NCBI GenBank assembly: GCA_036281075.1
Contig: DASUPO010000105.1
Span: 23,385 to 87,384, forward strand
Direction of reading: 5' to 3'
DNA length: 64,000 nucleotides
Origin: Actinomycetota bacterium
GTDB taxonomy: Bacteria; Actinomycetota; UBA4738; HRBIN12
The first letter of the stretch is position 1. Every line of letters begins with the position of its first letter. A program made the translations under genes and the position numbers. The notes beneath the pieces are model-generated. The model did no database searches. It was not told the DNA's origin and saw nothing but the letters and a program-made list of their open reading frames with translations. Positions 57,726-64,000 of the stretch are shown here, one piece after another.

Positions 57726-58360
57726 CGACGGCGCCGTTGGACGCCAAGGGTTGGAAGGCGCTCGCGGGATCGCGGGCGGAGTCGGAGCGCAAGGCGGCTG
57801 CGGCCGCCGACGCCGTGGCCGCGGCCGCGGCCGACCGGGGGCTGCTCGACGTCGCCGTCGGCCCCGTCGAGAGCCCGGTGGGGGAGTTGCTCCTCGCGGT
57901 GACGCCGCGCGGCCTCGCGTACGTCGCGTTCGAGGACGAGGAGCGCGACGAGCTGCTCGCGCGGTTCGCCCGCGAGCTCTCGCCCCGGATCCTCGAGCAC
58001 CCGGCCGCGACCGACGAGGTCCGTCGGCAGCTCGACGAGTATTTCGACGGTGCCCGCACCCGCTTCGACGTGAAGCTCGACCGGCGGCTGATGCGGGGGA
58101 TCGCCAGGGACGTCCTGTCCGCGACGGCTCGCGTCCCGTTCGGCCGGACCACGACGTACGGGCAGCTCGCCACGAAGATCGGTCGACCGCGCGCGTCGCG
58201 GGCGGTCGGCAACGCCCTCGGCTCCAATCCGATCCCGATCGTGGTGCCGTGCCACCGGGTGCTCCGCACCGGCGGGGACGTCGGCGGCTACGCTGGCGGA
58301 CCCGAGCGGAAGCGCATCCTCCTCCGGCTCGAAGGCGCGTTGCCCCCGACGATCGCGTGA
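57722..58360 (+). CDS. ogt: Methylated-DNA-protein-cysteine methyltransferase (Ogt/MGMT) with an Ala-rich N-terminal extension
   Basis: TTYGQLA..RAVGNALGSNPIPIVVPCHRVL, with PCHR as the active site. ATGA overlap with the sigma-factor gene. Confidence 0.85.
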   Translation: MTTAPLDAKGWKALAGSRAESERKAAAAADAVAAAAADRGLLDVAVGPVESPVGELLLAVTPRGLAYVAFEDEERDELLARFARELSPRILEHPAATDEVRRQLDEYFDGARTRFDVKLDRRLMRGIARDVLSATARVPFGRTTTYGQLATKIGRPRASRAVGNALGSNPIPIVVPCHRVLRTGGDVGGYAGGPERKRILLRLEGALPPTIA

Positions 58361-58388
58361 GCCTCCCGATCCGGATGACACCCCTCGG

Positions 58389-58394
58389 TAGACT
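58389..58394 (+). promoter_or_regulatory. Candidate -10 box (TAGACT) 8 nt before the purF GTG
   Basis: TAGACT-N8-GTG with no SD. Confidence 0.35.
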
Positions 58395-58402
58395 GGCCGC
58401 GG

Positions 58403-59815
58403 GTGGGAGCGGAGAGTCCTCGGGACGCATGCGGATTGTTCGGGGTGTGGGCCCCGGGTGAGGACGTCGCCCGCCTGACCTACTTCGGTCTCTTCGCTCA
58501 GCAGCACCGGGGCCAGGAGTCCGCCGGGATCGCCGTGTCGGACGGTCAGAACATCCTCGTCTACAAGGATCTCGGCCTGGTCGCGCAGGTCTTCAACGAG
58601 GCCACGCTCACCGCCCTCCAGGGCGATCTCGCGATCGGCCACACCCGCTACTCGACGACCGGCTCGACGACCTGGGACAACGCCCAGCCGGTGTTCAAGA
58701 ACGACGGCGTGCGCGCCCTCGCCCTCGGCCACAACGGCAACCTCGTGAACACGGCCGACCTGGTGGCGCGCCTGGGGCGCTCGTCGGCGGCCACGACGGA
58801 CTCGGACCTGGTGGCCACGATGCTCGCGAACGAGATGGCTCATCACGATCTCGAGGGCGCCGCGATGCGGGTCCTGCCCGAGCTCGAGGGCGCGTTCTGC
58901 TTCGTGATGGCGGACGAGCGATCGGTCTTCGCCGCACGCGATCCCCACGGCCTGCGACCCCTCGCGGTCGGGAAGCTGCCGGGCGGGTTCGTCGTCGCCT
59001 CGGAGACGAGCGCGCTCGACATCGTCGGCGCCACGCTGATCCGCGAGATCGAGCCCGGCGAGCTGCTCAGGATCGACGACCGCGGTCTCCACGCGGTGCG
59101 GTTCGCGCAGAGCCCGCGGGCCGCCCTCTGCATCTTCGAGTTCGTCTACCTGTCGAGGGCCGACTCGCGGATGAAGGGCGTCACCGTGCACGAGGCCCGG
59201 CGCGAGATGGGACGGATCCTGGCGGCGGAGCACCCGGCCGACGCCGACCTCGTGATCGCCGTGCCGAACACCGGCCACTCCGCCGCACAGGGGTTCTCGG
59301 AGGTCTCGGGGATCCCGTACGGGGACGGCCTCCACAAGAACCAGTACGTCGGCCGGACGTTCATCCAGCCGCACCAGTCGCTCCGCGAGCGGGGCGTGAA
59401 GCTGAAGCTCAACCCGCTGCCCGACTCGATCCGCGGGAAGCGGCTGGTCGTGGTCGACGACTCGATCGTCCGAGGGACGACGACCCGCCAGATCGTCGCG
59501 ATGCTCCGAGAGGCCGGCGCATCGGAGGTGCACATCCGCATCACCTGCCCGCCGATCCGCTGGCCCTGCTTCTACGGGATCGACATGAGCACCCGGGCGG
59601 AGCTCGTCGCGGCCGACCTCGCCGTGGAGGAGATCCGTTCTTACGTCGCGGCCGATTCGCTCGGCTATCTCTCCCTGGAGGGCCTGGTCCGCGCGACGGG
59701 GGAGCCGGCGGACGACTTCTGCCGCGCCTGCTTCGACGGCGAGTACCCGATCCCCGTCCCGGAGCACGCCGGCAAGTTCGTGCTGGAGGATCAGCTCCGG
59801 CTCCCGACGGCGTGA
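58403..59815 (+). CDS. purF: Amidophosphoribosyltransferase
   Basis: Propeptide followed by CGLFGV (Ntn Cys), then GHTRYST, VVVDDSIVRGTT, and C-terminal Cys ligands for a 4Fe-4S cluster. Confidence 0.95.
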   Translation: MGAESPRDACGLFGVWAPGEDVARLTYFGLFAQQHRGQESAGIAVSDGQNILVYKDLGLVAQVFNEATLTALQGDLAIGHTRYSTTGSTTWDNAQPVFKNDGVRALALGHNGNLVNTADLVARLGRSSAATTDSDLVATMLANEMAHHDLEGAAMRVLPELEGAFCFVMADERSVFAARDPHGLRPLAVGKLPGGFVVASETSALDIVGATLIREIEPGELLRIDDRGLHAVRFAQSPRAALCIFEFVYLSRADSRMKGVTVHEARREMGRILAAEHPADADLVIAVPNTGHSAAQGFSEVSGIPYGDGLHKNQYVGRTFIQPHQSLRERGVKLKLNPLPDSIRGKRLVVVDDSIVRGTTTRQIVAMLREAGASEVHIRITCPPIRWPCFYGIDMSTRAELVAADLAVEEIRSYVAADSLGYLSLEGLVRATGEPADDFCRACFDGEYPIPVPEHAGKFVLEDQLRLPTA

Positions 59816-60810
59816 GCCGCGCGTACCGCGACGCCGGCGTGGATCCCGAGGCCGCGGCCAAGGCCGTAGCGCTGATCGCCGACCTCGCGGCGACCGCCCG
59901 TCGGCCCGAGGTCGCCGATCGGATCGGCGGCTTCGCCGGTCTGTACCGGCTCGACGAGACGCGACTCCTCGCCGCGGCCACGGACGGCGTGGGCACGAAG
60001 ATCGAGATCGCGAGGCTCACCGGGCGACTGGACACCGTCGGGATCGACCTCGTTGCGATGTGCGCGGACGACGTCGTCTGCACCGGCGCCGAGCCGATGT
60101 TCGTCCTGGACTACCTGGCGATCGGCCGGGTCGACCCGATCCGGGTCGCCTCGATCGTCGAGGGGGTCGCCGAGGGGTGTCGGCGGGCCGGTGCCGCGCT
60201 GCTCGGCGGCGAGACCGCCGAGCACCCCGGCGTGATGGCCGAGGACGCCTTCGACCTCGCGGGGTGCTGCGTCGGCCTCGTCGAGGAGGATGCCCTCCTG
60301 GGGCCGCACCGGGTGGCGGAGGGCGACGTCCTCGTCGGCCTCGCCTCGAGCGGTCTCCACGCGAACGGCTTCTCGCTGGTCCGGTCCGTGCTCCTGCCGG
60401 CCCACGATCTCGAGGGTGCTCCGCCCGGGCTCGGTCGGTCGCTCGCGGACGAGCTCCTCGAGCCGTGCGCGATCTACGCGCCGGACGTGGTCGCGCTCGC
60501 GCGCGAGCGCCTGCTCCATGCCGCCGCGCACGTCACGGGCGGCGGCATCGCTGAGAACCTGTCGCGCGTCCTGCCGGACGGACTGGGCGCGACGATCCGC
60601 CGGGGTTCGTGGCCGGAGCACGCGATCTTCGGGATCCTGCGCGACGCGGCGGCGCTCCCCGACGAGGACCTGTTCGCGACGTTCAACATGGGCATCGGGA
60701 TGGTGCTGGTCGCGGCCCCCGAACGGGCGGAGGACGTCGTGGGGCGCGGCGGACACCGAGCCTTCCGGATCGGGAAGGTGACCGCCGGATCGGGCGTTCG
60801 CGTCGTGTGA
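59812..60810 (+). CDS. purM: AIR synthase (phosphoribosylformylglycinamidine cyclo-ligase)
   Basis: YRDAGVD, ATDGVGTK, DLVAMCADDV, GGETAEHPG. Confidence 0.95.
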   Translation: MSRAYRDAGVDPEAAAKAVALIADLAATARRPEVADRIGGFAGLYRLDETRLLAAATDGVGTKIEIARLTGRLDTVGIDLVAMCADDVVCTGAEPMFVLDYLAIGRVDPIRVASIVEGVAEGCRRAGAALLGGETAEHPGVMAEDAFDLAGCCVGLVEEDALLGPHRVAEGDVLVGLASSGLHANGFSLVRSVLLPAHDLEGAPPGLGRSLADELLEPCAIYAPDVVALARERLLHAAAHVTGGGIAENLSRVLPDGLGATIRRGSWPEHAIFGILRDAAALPDEDLFATFNMGIGMVLVAAPERAEDVVGRGGHRAFRIGKVTAGSGVRVV

Positions 60811-60961
60811 CGATCCCGTGACGTCGGGGCGCGATTCCTGCCGGAGTGACTAGGTGAGCGTCCCCCGGCATGGGAGCATCGGTCAGATGGCCGAGGCCGG
60901 GAGGACCATCCGGAAACGATCCGTTGGACGTATGGAGCGCAGGGCGCCGGAGACCGTAGGG

Positions 60962-61351
60962 ATGGATGAGATGAGCGAGCAGGGTGGCAGCGTGCTCGTC
61001 GTCGACGACGAGCCGCAGGTGGCGTGGGTCCTCCGCTTCAGCCTGGAGCACGAGGGCTACCGCACGTACACGGCCAGCAACGGGCTCGAGGCGCTCGAGG
61101 AGCTCGAGCGGCACCACCCCAAGGTCATGGTGCTCGACCTGATGATGCCGGAGATGGACGGCTGGGCCGTCCTCAACGCGATGAACAAGCTGCCCCTCGG
61201 CGACCGCCCCCGGGTCGTGATCGTGAGCGCCCTCACGGGGCCGGATGACAAGACGAAGGCCACCGCGCTGGGGGCCGACGCGTTCGTCCCGAAGCCCTTC
61301 GACGTCGAGGAGCTGATCGCGGTCCTCGACGGGCTCGCGCAGGCTTCCTGA
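60962..61351 (+). CDS. Single-domain (CheY-like) response regulator
   Basis: VLVVDDEPQV..MVLDLMMPEMDG..VIVSAL..FVPKPFD. Start uncertain (ATG 60962 or 60971; the track ORF starts at 60854). Confidence 0.8.
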   Translation: MDEMSEQGGSVLVVDDEPQVAWVLRFSLEHEGYRTYTASNGLEALEELERHHPKVMVLDLMMPEMDGWAVLNAMNKLPLGDRPRVVIVSALTGPDDKTKATALGADAFVPKPFDVEELIAVLDGLAQAS

Positions 61352-61353
61352 GC

Positions 61354-61572
61354 TCAGTCCCCGCCGGGCACGACCTTCCCGAACCGGATCCCGCGCGCCG
61401 GCACCCGCACTTCGGACCCGTCCCTCTTCCGGACGAAGTACGTCTCGGCGTCCTCGTCCCAGCGCTCGAGCACGCCGACGGCCTCACCCACGTAGCCGTT
61501 CGGGAGCTCGAACTGGAACGAGACGCGCTTGCCCAGGTCGTCGGGTGTGACCCGGTTCCGTTCCTCGACCAT
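61354..61572 (-). CDS. Small conserved-looking hypothetical protein (72 aa)
   Basis: MVEERNRVTPDDLGKRVSFQFELPNGYVGEAVGVLERWDEDAETYFVRKRDGSEVRVPARGIRFGKVV. It is the non-biased C-terminal end of a 615-aa track ORF that is otherwise R/G-rich junk. Confidence 0.5.
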   Translation of the reverse strand: MVEERNRVTPDDLGKRVSFQFELPNGYVGEAVGVLERWDEDAETYFVRKRDGSEVRVPARGIRFGKVVPGGD

Positions 61573-61592
61573 GACGCTCGCGAGGATAGCGC

Positions 61593-62366
61593 TCAGAGAC
61601 GGAGGACCGACTCGGCCGCCAGCCAGAACAGACGCTCCCGACCCTCCGCGTGCCCGAGCCATCCCCGCTCGTCCCACGCGTCGCCGGAGAGATCGTCGCC
61701 GGCGTAGAGGAGCTGGCCGATCGTCGCGCCGCGGAACTCGGCGATCGCGAACAGGGCGGCCGCCTCCATCTCGACGGTGAGGCATCCCTCGTCGCGTCGG
61801 CGGGCCATCCGCTCGCGCGTCTCCCGGTAGATCGCGTCGGTGGTCCAGGTCGATCCGGTGACGTACGGGATGTCGTGCGCCTCGAGCGTCTCGCGGATCG
61901 CCTCGACCGCCCGAGGGCTCGCGTCCACGGCGCGGCTCGCCGGGAGGTAGTGATAGCTCGTGCCCTCGTCCCGGACCGCGGACGTGGGCACGACCAGGTG
62001 TCCGAGCGTCAGGTCCGGCACCAGGGCGCCGGCGCCGCCGCACGCGACGAACGAGCGACACCCCTTCGCGATCGCCTCCTCGAGGAACCCGGCCGCGAGG
62101 GGCGCTCCCACGCCGGGATGGAACAGGCCGAAGCGACGTCCGTCCCACTCGAGCTCCCAGAACGGGTGGACCCCGTGCTCCGCCCGGAACGGCGACCGCT
62201 CCGCGACGGCGTGGCTCTCGACGACCTTCTCGATCACCTCCTGGAAGAAGCACAGGACCACCCGCGTCGGGACGTCGGCCTCCGCCGCGATCACGGTGGC
62301 GGGTTCGATCACCGCCTCCGCCGCGGCGTCGAACTCGAGGATCGGCGCGTCCCCGCCCTCGGCCAT
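61593..62366 (-). CDS. Nucleoside phosphorylase (PNP_UDP_1 family)
   Basis: FVACGGAGAL, AVRDEGTSYHY, TVEMEAAALF. Confidence 0.75.
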   Translation of the reverse strand: MAEGGDAPILEFDAAAEAVIEPATVIAAEADVPTRVVLCFFQEVIEKVVESHAVAERSPFRAEHGVHPFWELEWDGRRFGLFHPGVGAPLAAGFLEEAIAKGCRSFVACGGAGALVPDLTLGHLVVPTSAVRDEGTSYHYLPASRAVDASPRAVEAIRETLEAHDIPYVTGSTWTTDAIYRETRERMARRRDEGCLTVEMEAAALFAIAEFRGATIGQLLYAGDDLSGDAWDERGWLGHAEGRERLFWLAAESVLRL

Positions 62367-62372
62367 CGGTGG

Positions 62373-63287
62373 CTAGCCGACCCGCGCGATGCTGCCGGCC
62401 GGCGGCTCCGGGAACGCGTCGGGGTGCAGCGCCCACGCGAGGATCTCCAGGCCGTCCACGATCCGCGGGCCGGGACGCGAGAAGTACGAGGTCGCATCGA
62501 CGGCGAACACATTGCCGTTGCGGGCCGCCGGGGTCTCGCGCAGCTCCGGATGCCCCACGATGCCCCCTGCCTCCTCCTCCGCCTCCTCGAGGTAGTAGCC
62601 GCAGGGCATGAACACGATCGCCTCGGGGTTCGCGTCGCGGATCTCGCGGTGCGTGACGACGCGCGACGGGCCGCCCTTCTCCGACAAGAGGTTGATCCCG
62701 GCGGCGGCCTCCACCATCTCCGGCACCCAGTGTCCCGCGGCGAAGGGAGGGTCGGACCACTCGAGGCAGAAGACGTTCAGCATCGGGAGCCGAACGGCGA
62801 CCTCCTTGACGTGCGCGACGCGCGCGCGGAGGGAGGCCGCGAGCTCCGCGGCCTCCTCGGCCCGCTCGAGCACCTTCCCGACGATCTCGATCTGCGCGAT
62901 CACGTCGTGGAGGGTGTTCGGATCCATCGAGACGACCTTGGCGTCCGGGAGGCCGAGCATGTCGAGGGCCCGCTGGACCTGGCCCGAGGGCACGGCGCAG
63001 ACGCGACAGAGGTCCTGGGTCAACACCACGTCGGGCTGCTCGCGTCGAAGGAGGTCGGTGTCGAGGACGTAGAGCGGCTCCTGCGCGTCGAGCTTGCCTC
63101 GCACGGCCCGGTCGATCTCGAGCGCCGGCAGGGGCCGGCCCTGCGCGAGGGCGCTCCGGGACACGACGGGCTTCGTGACGGCCTCGGCCGGATGGTCGCA
63201 CTCGTCGGTGACACCCACGAGCGACTCGCCGAGGCCGAGCGCGAACACGATCTCGGTGGCCGAGGGCAGCAGCGACACGACCTTCAT
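62373..63287 (-). CDS. BtuF/FhuD-like (cluster A-2) substrate-binding-fold protein without an obvious signal peptide
   Basis: MKVVSLLPSATEIVFALGLGESLVGVTDECDHP, DVVLTQDLC, AIVFMPCG. Start at ATG 63285-63287. Confidence 0.65.
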   Translation of the reverse strand: MKVVSLLPSATEIVFALGLGESLVGVTDECDHPAEAVTKPVVSRSALAQGRPLPALEIDRAVRGKLDAQEPLYVLDTDLLRREQPDVVLTQDLCRVCAVPSGQVQRALDMLGLPDAKVVSMDPNTLHDVIAQIEIVGKVLERAEEAAELAASLRARVAHVKEVAVRLPMLNVFCLEWSDPPFAAGHWVPEMVEAAAGINLLSEKGGPSRVVTHREIRDANPEAIVFMPCGYYLEEAEEEAGGIVGHPELRETPAARNGNVFAVDATSYFSRPGPRIVDGLEILAWALHPDAFPEPPAGSIARVG

Positions 63288-63298
63288 GGCGGCAAACG

Positions 63299-64000
63299 TT
63301 ATCGCGGGAGTTCGCGGAGGGCGTCGAGGTCGGCGAGCGTCCTCACCAGGTCCGTGAGGGCGCGGCCCGCGGCGGCGCCGTCCAGGACCCGGTGATCGAA
63401 CGTCAGGCTGATCGTGCACGCGGGCCGGGCCTCGACGGTGCCGGCCTCAGTGACGAGGGCACGCGGCGCGATCACGCCCAGCGCGATCGTGACCGCGCCC
63501 GGCGGGTTGAGCAGCGGCGTGCCTGCCTCGCTGCCGTAGCTGCCCGTGTTGCTGACCGAGATCGTCGCGCCGGACAGGTCGGCGGGACCGAGGGTCCCGG
63601 CCCGCGCCGCCTCGGCGAGCCCTTCGATCTCCGACGCCAGCGCCCCGATCCCCCGCGATCCCGCGTCGCGCACCACGGGGACGAGCAGCCCTCGCTCCGT
63701 GTCCACGGCCACGCCCGCATGGATCGAGCGATGCGTCACGATCGCGTCCCCGTCCCAGGACGCGTTCACGAGTGCGTGCGCGGCGATGGTCCGGCAGAGC
63801 GCGGCCAGGAAGACCGGGAGCGGCGAGACCTCGAGGTCGCGCCGGAACCGGTCGAGCGCGGTCGCGTCGAGCGTCCGGAACGTGGTGACGTGGGGGATCG
63901 CGGCCGAGCGCTCCAGCCGCGCCGCCACCGCCCGCCGGACCGGGGTCAGCGGAACCCGCTCGCCGTCCGTCTCCGTCTCCTCACCCGCCGTCCCGGACGA
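63299..64000 (-). CDS. 2-oxoacid dehydrogenase E2 acyltransferase, catalytic domain (N-terminus beyond the window)
   Basis: SNTGSYG and the DHRVLDG catalytic motif. The reading frame stays open to the right window edge. Confidence 0.8.
   Translation of the reverse strand, partial: SSGTAGEETETDGERVPLTPVRRAVAARLERSAAIPHVTTFRTLDATALDRFRRDLEVSPLPVFLAALCRTIAAHALVNASWDGDAIVTHRSIHAGVAVDTERGLLVPVVRDAGSRGIGALASEIEGLAEAARAGTLGPADLSGATISVSNTGSYGSEAGTPLLNPPGAVTIALGVIAPRALVTEAGTVEARPACTISLTFDHRVLDGAAAGRALTDLVRTLADLDALRELPR

Overview
Very GC-rich (about 70% by eye), densely packed chromosomal window. Gene content and order look actinobacterial: a DUF5318 gene followed by ponA, then a GT87-type membrane glycosyltransferase, then rpsF-ssb-rpsR-rplI-dnaB. 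From memory this resembles the origin-proximal Rv0049-Rv0058 region of M. tuberculosis. dnaK-grpE-dnaJ-hspR is also present. I support about 66 protein genes and one tRNA-Gly(CCC).

Main blocks:
(i) 1-11.5 kb: envelope and miscellaneous enzymes (dienelactone hydrolase, ApgM, acyltransferase_3, PBP4-like, C45 acyltransferase, class-III aminotransferase, DDAH-like, DUF5318, PBP1A).
(ii) 11.5-17 kb: a PAS histidine kinase with a NarL-type regulator, plus two polytopic glycosyltransferases.
(iii) 17-25 kb: a menaquinone cluster (merR-menG-menF; menB-menA-menD-GNAT; menE).
(iv) 25-35 kb: a two-component pair, panB, rpsF-ssb-rpsR-rplI, dnaB-nth-methyltransferase, tRNA-Gly, trpD, dcd, and a second two-component pair.
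(v) 35.7-43.3 kb: one contiguous heat-shock block, dnaK-hsp20-grpE-dnaJ-hspR-GNAT-clpB.
(vi) 43.4-45.9 kb: two tandem DUF3137-like paralogues, lemA, and a 51-aa Cys-rich ORF that is not in the ORF track.
(vii) 45.9-48.4 kb: an MFS transporter and a Na/Pi-family transporter.
(viii) 48.5-60.8 kb: a purine cluster, purA-purD-purE-like-purB-purC-purS-purQ-purL then purF-purM, split by an FmdB zinc-ribbon gene and an ECF-sigma/ogt pair.
(ix) 60.9-64 kb: a receiver protein, a small ORF, a nucleoside phosphorylase, a BtuF-like binding protein and a partial E2 acyltransferase.

Many gene junctions are 1- or 4-nt overlaps (ATGA/GTGA). Most long ORFs in the track are antisense or out-of-frame GC-bias artefacts.

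I see no CRISPR array, transposase, integrase, prophage or recognisable defence system. This is mostly core genome. The points worth a second look are:
- The DnaB N-terminal motif is encoded upstream of any canonical start codon.
- A cluster of DnaA-box-like motifs sits in front of dnaB.
- A tandem 32-nt repeat with nested palindromes lies between a sensor-less kinase operon and dnaK.
- A PurE-like gene inside the pur operon has all the PurE signature motifs I recall replaced.
- The ECF-sigma/Ogt insertion splits the pur cluster.
- The DUF3137x2-lemA-microprotein cluster has no known function.
- Two genes are disrupted.
- A recurrent TAGACT-type box lies 6-11 nt before start codons that lack an SD, which looks like a leaderless-mRNA signature.

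All functional calls come from reading the translated motifs. No database search was run.
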